Shown here piece after piece: positions 22,582 to 32,186 of a stretch of 32,213 nt of DNA (position 1 is its first letter; each line of letters begins with the position of its first letter). This DNA comes from Raillietiella orientalis (taxonomy: Eukaryota), in assembly GCA_036172245.1 (NCBI GenBank), contig JAYWIR010000027.1, positions 2,976,001 through 3,008,213 of the forward strand, read 5' to 3'. A model generated the notes under the pieces. The model did not search any database, was not told the DNA's origin, and saw only the letters and a program-made list of their open reading frames with translations. The position numbers and the translations under genes were made by a program.

Positions 22582-24560
22582 ATGCTCTGGAGCGCTTTGG
22601 CAGAGCGGCATGCTTTGGCCGTTTTAGACGCCGACCGTGATTTCTATATTTGCATTTCGCTTCCACGTCCTTGTCCATGCCCTACTCCTGACTGTAAATT
22701 CGCATCCTCAGCCGAAGAAAGGCACAATCGTTCCCGTATCCTGAAGCACCATCTGATACGCATACATGGTATAACTACCCAAAGCTTCACTTGCTATTGT
22801 TACCAATGTGACTTTACTGCGGACCCGTTCCACTGTTCCCCCGACTCTCATAAATGTACCCACTCAATTCGAAATGTGGAGCTTCCTCGTCCCCTGAAAA
22901 AACTTAAATATTCTTGCTCGTCCTGTGCATCCAGCTTCGACCGTAAATGTTACCTCTCTACGCGCAACCGGACAACACACGGCACATCAAGAAAGAAGAA
23001 ATCGTTACTATACGAAGTCTTTGACGAAGAACCTGGCACTAGTAGCATGGCAACATACGAACACCCGATTGAAGACCAATCAGCAACATTGGTCTCAGAA
23101 AGCACATACCAAGCACCACTCAATGCGACTCCTCAACCTCAACCTGACAACTATATGATTCCCGAACCACAACCTGTAATAACGCCTGAACTGCAGGAAG
23201 CAATTGCCATTTTCCAACAACACAAAGACGCATTCAAACGTTTGCCTGCCGAAATTCTCTCACTGGCTGATTCTTCCATCCCTGTGCAACTGGAAACATA
23301 TCACAATGATCAATCACCTCTGGATTCGCGTCACATGAAATCTACCCTGTCCTTTTGATCACCGACATTTGCTGATGTGCAAAATGAGACTCGCGTCATG
23401 CTCACGGAAATACACGCCCCTAATGCGTCCTCTCAACGCTCCCCTCCCATCACCCCAACCTCCCTCACCATGAGTGGCAGTACATCCCCCGTTAAAATGC
23501 GATCCCTCGGGAAGATTCCTGCGTCGGCTGAAAGATCTTGCCCTGTGGAGAATGCTCCACCCACCATACATAGCATCACGCAATCAATTTCTGTTCCAAT
23601 ACTCAACAAAGAAGACGACCCTTCACCTCCCATCTCGCAACCATTACATGCTGCTGCTTCCTTGTCCCCTACATCTATACAGCGCAAAGGACATTCTCCA
23701 AAATACAACCACAATCCAATACCGCCTAGATTCCGTCGATCTAATAGTCAGTGTGCAATAACCCCGCGTCGATGCGCTACCCCTACTGTGTCCACACTTC
23801 CCGTCCTACTACCCCCCCACTCAAGGATATTCCACTTCCGCCTATAGGCAACAACGATGTAGCTCTTACATCTAACAACGTTCTATTAGTACGATTTCCC
23901 GTATCCCGTACCCTAAGCTGCATAATACCATCCTGTCTCTGGCGAAAACAAACTCTCGATGCCAGCAACACGCTTCGGTCTCTCAAACGCCACTTAACCA
24001 CAGCACACAAGCTACCTTTTTGCAAGCACAATTTGCTCTGTAGGAGATGCAACTCGGATGTCTCCTATCGTACACACCACCACCCATGCTTTAAGCACAT
24101 CGCTCCCCGCAGCTTCCCGTGGCACTCCTTCCCTTCCACTCAATGCGTGGATTACACAATCATACTCGATGGCACATGCGACTACGAAATCAAGGTAAGA
24201 AACCACTTCCTACACACCATGCTCCTCCTTTGATACCCACATTCATCCGTTTTGCTGCAAGAGCAACACACGAACCCGTTACATCTACGGCCCTTGAAAT
24301 GACAAATCCCTTACCCACAGCAAACTGTGTTTTGACAGCCCCTGAACCTCCAAGAGTACCATCACACTCCCCTGTTTCCCGAACCTCACAACAGTACGCA
24401 CCACTCATACATCTAAGACTCCCCCGTATCCTGTGCGCTCAACCAACGAACCCGCATGGAATAACTTCAATGTACAACGGTTATTGCCAAACTTTCAGCA
24501 TATGCTACACACAAACACTCATTCTGTCCTCAGTGCTGACATTCCGAATCTCGCATCTCT
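22582..24560 (+). mobile_element. N-terminal zinc-finger/Pro-rich region of an R2/NeSL/Utopia-type (RLE) non-LTR retrotransposon, defective
   Basis: CPTPDC…ILKHHLIRIH…CYQC…HKC; C2H2-like CSSCASSFDRKCYLSTRNRTTH; and a second module FPVSRTLSCIIPSC…SLKRHLTTAH…LCRRC…HPC, separated by P/S/T-rich linkers. In-frame TGA at 23356-23358 and later frameshifts. C/A-rich strand composition. Confidence 0.6.
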
Positions 24561-24566
24561 CCTCTC

Positions 24567-26539
24567 AACCTCCATGAGGCGTTCGACCACGTGGTCGAGC
24601 TGCTTCTGTTGGAGCTTTTGGAGTCGCATGGGCTTTCCACCCTCCTTGATCACCCACCTGCGCTTCTGCTGGCGCAACGCACTGATCACCATTACTTTTA
24701 TCAGCCAGAAGGTACACTGCTTGCCGGTAAGGCATGCGTTAAGGCAGGACGATATTGTCTGTGTCCTGCTCTTTAGCACCCATTTCCAGTTTGTGCTGAG
24801 AGCGTACAGGGCGACTGTTTCTGCCTTGCCGTGCTCGCGCCTCGGTATGCCCGCCGTAGCAGCCTATGCCGACGATCTTTTGCTTATGTTGGGCATGTCC
24901 GCCCCGGCAGCGGCAGTTGGGGATTTCTTCCATCTGCTTAGCCGCGCGACCGGACTGCAGGTGAACATGGCAAAATCGTCGGCTGAGCCAGTTGGTGCGA
25001 CGTGGGCAGGACGGCGTGACTTGATCCCCATGACCATGTACTTGACGTACCTGGGCGTCTTGTTGGGGGCTTCTGTCCAGCAGAAGCCTGGTCAGGTCGT
25101 CTTCAGAAATTGGTGTTGGCGATCGGCCCGTTCCTGGCAGGCAAGTTTTACTTGCCGGAACGGGCCTCGGGTTGGAACGCATTTGCGGCCCCCATCCTCC
25201 GACCCCTACTTTTTGTTTGTTTCGTCCCCATAGAAGCAAAGCAGAGGATGAAGGACCTCCTCCGCATCGCCCTTTTGGGCAAGGGGAGGCCCCGAGTCCT
25301 TTTGAAGGACTTGTGCGCTCTGCATCGGGACGGCGGTCGTGGCCTACTGACGCTGGAGCGCTTGGAAATCCAGCTGCGATGGCGCACCTTGGCCATCGCA
25401 GCGAAGTTGGGGAGCACCCCTTGTTGCGTTCCGGCCCGCCTTCTCCCCAGCCGTGTCTCCAGGACGCAAGGACTCGCGTCTTTTCTTCTGTGCTCCGGCC
25501 GGAAGGTCAGAAGATGCGGCCTTCTCCTTGGACGCATGGAAACCCTGGCAAAGGAGAACGGGTGGATGGCCTGCAGCCCCGCCAACTCCAGCGCATGGCT
25601 GGAAGAAACAGTTGGAACGTGGGCAAAGTTAAACGACATCAGTGGAGAATCCTGCAACCGCCTGCGTCTCGGCATCTACACCCGCTGCACGCTGCGGAAC
25701 ATGATCGTGTGTCCCGCCAGAAGCACTTGGGCGGAGACGACACCACTGGCCACGGCGCTGCCCTTCCTACGAAGGGCGCTTCAAAACAGCTGGAAGCCGA
25801 GATGGCAAGTCTCCTGCCGGATAGCGGGCAAGGAGAAGGATCTAAGTGGGTGGACCATGAGGGAACTGGCAGACGCCGCGACCCCAAGCGTTCACCCGAA
25901 TGGAATACGGAGATGGGGCGAGCTGCTTGGCATCCCGGCGGATGACCTAGAGTGGACGGAGGGAGAGTAAATACTGAGTGTGCCAGGTGTGGGGAAAGGG
26001 AGTCCCTCCCCCACCTTATAGTTGACTGCCCTTCCCCTTGGGATATTGACTGGCGGCAACTCCAGAGAAGTTTACAGTGTTGTCTCCGTGCGGGACGCCC
26101 TGCAGCCAGCGGCAGCACTCGAAGTACTATGCTGCGTTCGAGGCCTCGTGGCGGCCTAGAGCGATGCCAACGACGAAAATCGAGACTCGAACGAGAGGGA
26201 TGCCATCCAGCCTGCACTACGCTTCATGCAGAGAGCTGCCGGATGGCCCATCTGGGACCAATGCAGATGGACCTCGAGGGCTTCCTTCGACGGATGGGCC
26301 CTCCTCCCAGTGAATAGTGATCCCTTCCCTGCCCTCCAACTTCTTTTTGTTTCCTTATTTTTTTATTTTTCTTTTTGTTTTTTCCCCGTCCCTTTTCACT
26401 GCCGAAGAGTGCCACGCCGGGCTGCGTCCCGGCGTCCCGGTAGGTCCTGTGTTGTGTGGCCGTTAGTGGCGCCTCGTACTACGTGGTCTGTTAACAAAGA
26501 TGGAGTTTTAATAAACGTCCCGGCGTATCCGGGTGGCAA
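24567..26539 (+). mobile_element. 5'-truncated Tx1/L1-type LINE: C-terminal half of RT, thumb, CCHC zinc finger, 3' UTR
   Basis: LHEAFDHV…RMGFP…LRQDD…AAYADDLLL…ATGLQVNMAKS…TYLGVLLG…DGGRGL…CARCGERESLPHLIVDC, with frameshifts. T-rich UTR from ~26318. Terminus AATAAACGTCCCGGCGTATCCGGGTGGCAA at 26510-26539. Confidence 0.92.
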
Positions 26540-27058
26540 CGCCAAATCCCCGGGGCAGGCGGTCCATGGGGAACTGCTCGCAGAACTCGCGGACCGAGTC
26601 CTTAAAAAGGTCCCAGTCGGGGAGACTCTGGAGGCTCGAGTCGGCTGAACTACTGGTCCAGTCACAATATAGATAAGTTTGTTGACAAAATAAACGGCCC
26701 GGCGAACCGGCTTTAAAGCGAGACTCTGGAGCGTGAGGCCTCTCAGGAATTGGCGAAGATGTTCCTTCGCACCTGAGAGTCGCGTGCAGTCCCCCGGCAG
26801 ACGCCACGCCCTGGATGGCGGTCCCTTGTCGCGCGGGCATATCTCGAAAATTAACCGGGAATAGTCCGACAGCGTCGACGCAAGTTTTCCTCGTTTGCCG
26901 ACCCGTGGGCACAGGTCTGCGTCGAGGAAGACGTGGTCCATGCTGCGGACCATTCCCACCGCACCCTCGAACAAGTTACGCGTACGGATGTCGGCGCACA
27001 ACTCGTTCATCGCGTTCCCCTGTGCTCCGGTTGGCTCAGAGAGCAGGCGGAGATTGAA
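26540..27058 (-). mobile_element. Tx1/L1-type ORF2 fragment: C-terminal APE endonuclease + start of tether, interrupted by an 86-bp insertion
   Basis: FNL…MDHVFLD…LSDYSRLIFE…AWRL…QFLRGLTLQSL|PDWDLFKDSVREFCEQF contains APE motifs (GD)FN, D-x-I/V-F and SDH, and the W..FK…R.F tether motif. Confidence 0.85.
26634..26719 (+). mobile_element. 86-bp LINE 3'-end insertion with 12-bp TSD
   Basis: GAGACTCTGGAG at 26622-26633 and 26720-26731. Insert ends AATAAACGGCCCGGCGAACCGGCTTTAAAGC. Confidence 0.85.
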
Positions 27059-28010
27059 GTTTAGCACTCGGTCACGCCGGGGCGTTTATTCATAATAAAC
27101 CGGTCAGGGACAATGTCCCTAACCAACGAAACGACAAGGAACAAAGAGAAGTTACCGGCACGCAGTCCGGGTAAACAAATCGCTCGCGACATGGGATCAG
27201 TAAGAGGATAAAAAAAAAGAAAAAACGCGAGGGAAGGGTAACGGGTCTTCGGTGAGGCTCCGTACTCACAGGGATCCAAACAAGGAGCACCTGGAATGTT
27301 CCAGAGCCTGAGACGCGAGTGTAAAAAAAAAAAATACAGAAACCAATTCATTGAGGGTGGCGCAAGGGTTACCGGGTTGGCCGCTGCGGGGCGTGTGTAA
27401 ACCGGCGGTGTATGTCGGTGAGATCCCTTATTGACTCCTCCTACGGAATGAGGGCATCTGGCGGTCGCTTCCATATAGGAGGATGCTTTTCCGATTACCT
27501 CTTGGTGCTGCCGGTTGATTACCTGCGCCTGACGGACTGAAACTTTTGCGCGTAAGTAACCGATGGTTGCAATCCTTGTGCTTGTAGACAGCCCGCTCGG
27601 CGTGAAGAATCGTCGCCGCAAGTCTCTTGCGATGTCCAAGGGATGCGAGAGTGCTGTTGCCAGCCTCCGCCAGGGTCCTTGTAAGACACCGCAGTCCAGA
27701 AGTAGGTGCGGGATCGACTCCGTCGCCCCACACCGAACGCAGTTTGCAGACGCAAATCCCCCGGAGTCACGATGCCAACGCTCGTTGCACTGAAAACCCC
27801 AGTGAACGAGGAGCAGCACGGCTTGTTTCCAAGCAAGTTGTTGCAGCGAACTGTCAACACATGTGGAGGGACTACAAGTTCTTCGGGGGTGACAGCAAGT
27901 TCTTCTGCCCACCGGAGGAGTCCCTTTGCAGTAGCACGGGACTTCCCTTCTGTTTGTCCTTTCCCATTCGCTGCCGAGTCGAACCTCGCCGACCTGGGTG
28001 CCGGTAACTC
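27059..28010 (-). mobile_element. 5'-truncated Tx1/L1-type LINE: ORF2 C-terminus with CCHC finger + 3' UTR
   Basis: GLLRWAEELAVTPEEL…LAWKQAVLLLVHWGFQCNERW…NCVRCGATESIPHLLLDC…WRRL. T-rich UTR. Terminus ATGAATAAACGCCCCGGCGTGACCGAGTGCTAAA. Confidence 0.88.
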
Positions 28011-28020
28011 GGTTCCGCAC

Positions 28021-28130
28021 TTTTTTTGGGCATTGTAGGGCCGATGGCGCTACACATGTCTTGTTAATAAATAAATAAAAATAATCACAATCGGGTGAAC
28101 CACGAGCAGGTAAATTGAAAAAGTACATTG
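28021..28130 (-). mobile_element. Short 3'-end-like fragment with A7 tail
   Basis: On minus: T-rich tract, TGTAG…CTACA small stem, then CCCAAAAAAA. It sits between two LINE fragments. No convincing TSD. Confidence 0.35.
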
Positions 28131-28149
28131 GCGTTCAGTTGAGGGACTA

Positions 28150-29040
28150 ATGTCCGCAAAGTCTGGTCAGATCCGTCTCCAGAAAGTGAGTTGACGATCG
28201 GCGCGTTCCTGTAGGACAGGGACGGGCCGATCGGGCAACAGGCCGCGGTGTGGAACGCGTTTGCGGCCCCCCCTCATCCGCCCCCTGCTTTTGGTTTGCC
28301 CCGTCTCCCCCAGTTGAAAGATAGAACTAAGGACCTCCTCCGTGTCGCCCTCTGGAGCAGTGGGAAGCCCCGTTTTCCTTTTAAGGACTTGTGTGCTCTG
28401 CGTCGGAATGGCGGTCTCAGCCTCCTGACGCTGGAGCGGATGGAGATTCAGCTGAGATGGCGAACCATGGGCCTCGCAGCAGTATTGGAGCACCTCCTGG
28501 TGCGTTTCTGCCCTCCTCGCCCGTTGTGTATCTGGAACGGAAGGGCTTGCGTATTCTATGCCGCGGCCGGAAGATCAGAAGATGCGACCTCCGCTTTGGA
28601 CACATAGCCACCCTGGCGGAAGAGAACAGCTGGATAATGTGTAACCAGAAACAGTTGGCACGTGGGCGAAGCTGAACCAGCCAAGAGAGACGTAGAACTG
28701 CCTGCCATTTAGCAAATTCGTCCTCTACTTGCTGCGGAAGGTCCTGGAGTGTCCAGCCAGGAGTACGTGGGCGGAGATGAGCCCCTGGCTACGGCGATGC
28801 CTTTCCTGAGGGTACTTCGCAGCAGCCAGACGCCGGAGTGGCAGGTCTCCTGCGAGATCACAGGCAGACAGAAGCTGACAAGCAGATGGACCACGAGCGG
28901 AAGGACGCCGTGACCCCGAGAGTCCTTTCGCGTGGATTGCAGCGCTGGAGCGAGCTGGTCGGCATCATGACCGTAGACCTCGATTGACCCTCAGTGCTGA
29001 AGGATATCATATCAGCCATTTCTGGACGCTGCAAAGGATG
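28150..29040 (+). mobile_element. Tx1/L1-type ORF2 thumb/C-terminal fragment (defective)
   Basis: WNAFAAP…KDLLRVALWSSGKPRFPFKDLCALRRNGGLSLLTLERMEIQLRWRT… aligns at DNA and protein level with 25075-25960. Confidence 0.9.
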
Positions 29041-29059
29041 CATCCCAACTGTGCCAGGT

Positions 29060-29545
29060 GCGGGAACAAATCGTTCCCACTCCTGCTAGTCGACTGCCCT
29101 GTTGCCTTCCGTTCTCTGTGGAACCGGGACTACCCTCCAGATCCCTGTTAGCAGCCCTCCCAGGGACGTTTGTCGGCTCCTCTTCATGCGGGATTGTGAC
29201 GGTCTGGAGCGGAGCAAAGCAAACGACTGAAGGAATTTTATAAAGTATGGCGCTACCTTGGCAACAGCTGTTAATGCTGTTGCCGACTTCGCCTCGGCGG
29301 CATTCGCGAGATTGCTCTTCGACTGCTGAGTCCTTTGGGAAGACAATGAATGCCTGCCCGGCTGATTCTGCGGCGTTGCATTGGCAGCAGAGGACTTGCT
29401 GCCAACGCTTCCACACAATATGCTTGCCTGGCGGGAGGAACTCGAATCCCAACCTATGATGGTCAGAAAGTCCGGACGGCAATCTTCCTCTCCTCCCCAC
29501 ACTAGAATGCAGTTTGTCATCGAGGTAGATGTGATGCGGCGATCT
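29060..29545 (-). mobile_element. Tx1/L1-type APE C-terminus + tether fragment
   Basis: HHIYLDDKLHSSVGRRGRLPSGLSDHHRLGFEFLPPGKHIVWKRWQ is homologous to DHVFLDADLCPRVGKRGKLASTLSDYSRLIFEICP…AWRL at ~26800-26945. Confidence 0.8.
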
Positions 29546-30042
29546 TGGCATCTCAGGTACGCCGACCAAGTTGGGACCTACCCCAGGTTCCTATCCCTAC
29601 CGATGGTAGATGGCGGGGTAGAGATGGGAATTACGACAGGGAGCAACATAGCACTACTGAACCAATGACTACTAGTATACATAGCGATTCTAGGGCAATT
29701 CGCAGCACATGGACGGAGCATCAAATCAGGCATTAAGAGAAAGCAATCTAGACTAGTAAATCAAGCTTCATTGCCATGATCGTAGATAAATATTAATCCG
29801 TCTTGATTTAATGAATGCAGTTGTACTCAAAATGCTGATGATGCTCTTGCTAGCCACCGAGGCAACCATCTGTAGGGACAGGAGCAGAATACCCACTTGG
29901 TCAAGATGCACATTCCGGACCATACACTGCCAGACAATTCCGAGATTCTAGCAAACCCAGTAGTATACCACATTGGAACGAATTACCTCATTGGCAAGTG
30001 GATTTCCTAGATTGCAATGCTGATCTGTAGGATGAAAAATTG

Positions 30043-30080
30043 TAAGGTTTGCTGCTTCAAAATTAAAGCAGCAAACCTTA
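30043..30080. repeat. Perfect inverted repeat, 15-bp arms, 8-nt loop
   Basis: TAAGGTTTGCTGCTT (30043-30057) / AAGCAGCAAACCTTA (30066-30080). Confidence 0.95.
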
Positions 30081-30159
30081 GAAGATTAGGATGAAACATT
30101 TGTACCCTAGAAGGTCCCTAAATAGATCACCGCACTTCGCACCACAAGCAATCCACAGA

Positions 30160-30416
30160 GAACGACCCCACATGGGAGGTCTTTTATAGAGACGCTCCTA
30201 AGTCATGACCTCAGGTCCCACCTGCTGAAGATTTTGAGAGCATACCTGACGATGAATTACTCAGACTGTGCGAAGTGCGTACCCATCCACGCGGACAGAA
30301 GTGCCCGTCTGGCCGTCACACCTGCTTTGGCAGCGCTGTCTGCCCTTAGGGCAAGTGAGGACTGTACGAGGGTCGCCACTGCTTCGCACCGTCGCGGTCC
30401 TCGTACTATAAATAAA
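30160..30416 (+). mobile_element. Possible decayed non-LTR RT scrap followed by a stem-loop + AATAAA end
   Basis: TWEVF/IETLLSHDLRSHLLKILRAYL resembles the W..I…L……L..I..YL helix after RT motif 3. 13-bp stem 30364-30376/30394-30406, then AATAAA at 30411. Confidence 0.3.
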
Positions 30417-31564
30417 GCATGAACCTCCCAATAAATGAAGCATACCCCGAGGATTGTCTTGACCACAGTTGAAGAAATTTCAGAAGAAAACCCAAGAACT
30501 GTAGCAATTTTTCCGGAAAAAATATCTGCCTTCACCTTAATCCACCTTAACAAAAACATGCCCAACATCGAAACACCTGACTTACTATAAACCAACAACC
30601 AAGTAAAGAAACCAACAACTCTCAGGGTTTTCGTGGATCCTGAAAGGTTGACATTTCATCTTGCTTTGGTCATTTACTTCTTGATATTTGCCTTTTTCCC
30701 TCGTTTTAATGGCTCGTGAATTCCAAACGCCTTATCGGATTGCCTGCTAATCGTCTCTAGGAGGTCTCTTTTTTCTCACACGCTCACTTCATCTAGGGGT
30801 TTTTACTTGTACTTCCCTTGTCAATGTAGCACTCGTGACGTGAGTTACTTCCGGAGGAACGTTGGAGCATCAGTGTTCTACTACTGCATTGTCCACTACA
30901 GGAAAGGTGTGCAATGCAAGGTGTGCTGCTATTCGCATGCAATCAGGAATAGAGACCCCTAGTGAAAGAAGGCTAACAACCGCAGTCCAGGCGATGGCGA
31001 TGTTCAGGGTTGGTTTGGAAAGGTGTCCGCTCCTCGCACATCCTCGCACATTTGTTGCCCTCACCTGGAGTCCCCGCCACATATAGATGCGGCGACTGAG
31101 TGAGTGACGAATCATGAGAATCTTGTCGACTGAGTTTGGAGGTTGATCAGGCCAAGTATGATGATTCGAGCATTCAGTATTCATATAATCTTCCGAGGAC
31201 TTCGGAGACATTAGGAGAAGTTATATATTAAGTGAGTACGGTTTGAGGTCGTTAACAAAAACAACTGCCAAGGTTTAAGGCCAGAATGTTGCAGTGCAAA
31301 TTGTAGGCCTCAGGTGAAGCTCCTCAAGAATGGGTAATAGGTAGATCCGAGTATATAGGTCTGTGATTTGAAGAGTAAATACCGTCCTCGCTGGACTCCC
31401 TCTATAGAAAATAAAGCATTTCTCGGAGAAGCCTATGACGAAATTAAGCCTGAGAATCACCATATGGGAGCCCGACCTTTCACCGAGTGAAATCATCCCA
31501 GCTGCTGGACCGGACATGTTAACACACTTCATAGTTTCATTTAGAAAAAAACAACGTTAAACGA

Positions 31565-31585
31565 ACTTTCCATCCGATGGAAAGT
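31565..31585. repeat. Near-palindrome, 10-bp arms, 1-nt spacer
   Basis: ACTTTCCATC-C-GATGGAAAGT. Confidence 0.9.
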
Positions 31586-32186
31586 GCTGTCAGTTTCGAG
31601 TTTCGATGACGTCACACGCCTTAGCCTGTTTTTGCAAGAAGCAACCACTGCCCTCAGGGGAAGTAGTAGAGCGAGCAGTATGCGGAATAGAAAATCAGAC
31701 ACGAACCGTCCTCAAAATTCAACGACCAGTCGACAACGCATACAACTGCGCCACTATTCCTAGTTACGGCGCTGACTGCTCTATATGAGTATGAAAGAGC
31801 AGAGCCATTCGACCTCTGGGCTGGCTGGCGAATACGAGGCCACGCTGCCAGACACTTGGCAGTTACAAATAATACGTTTGCCGAAAGCAAAAATCCGAAA
31901 CACTATGGTGTGTCGGGTTTTGCTCAAATCCTAGAGCTCCTCTCGCAAAAACCCATGATCTGATCATCAGAAAGATGAGCTACTCATGGAATAAATGGAG
32001 ACTTGCGTGTGCTCCTGACGAAACAAAAAGTATCGAGGCCTGTCGGCCATCCTTCTCAACTACCTTCCTTCGCTCTGGAGAGAAACCACTACATCATCAA
32101 GCCCTCGGGTTAAGCGTAGCAATGTAGAAGCGATGCAACACACCTTCATCCTGCTCCTCAGACTACCGCTCACCCCGGGTGTCCGA

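Noticed and set aside
9505..27090. Sequence-specific target site for the Tx1-like family
   Set aside because: Sequences following the 3' ends (TCTGGCTGAGCA, TCCGTGGC, CCCTCGATCG, GAGACTCTGGAG, CGCCAAATCC, CTTCAATCTCC) share no convincing consensus and none resembles a snRNA, tRNA or rRNA target.
27061..28128. 355-aa minus-strand ORF as a gene
   Set aside because: It runs across a short 3'-end fragment, a LINE C-terminus and its T-rich UTR. Only the middle is protein-like.
30246..30275. CTGACGA hammerhead-ribozyme-like core
   Set aside because: No GAAA after a plausible stem II and no stem I/III pairing found. The sequence also reads as RT-like coding.
31005..31060. Minus-strand CARSGHLSK as a gag-type zinc knuckle
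   Set aside because: Overlaps a 10-bp tandem duplication and lacks proper Cys spacing. No supporting context.
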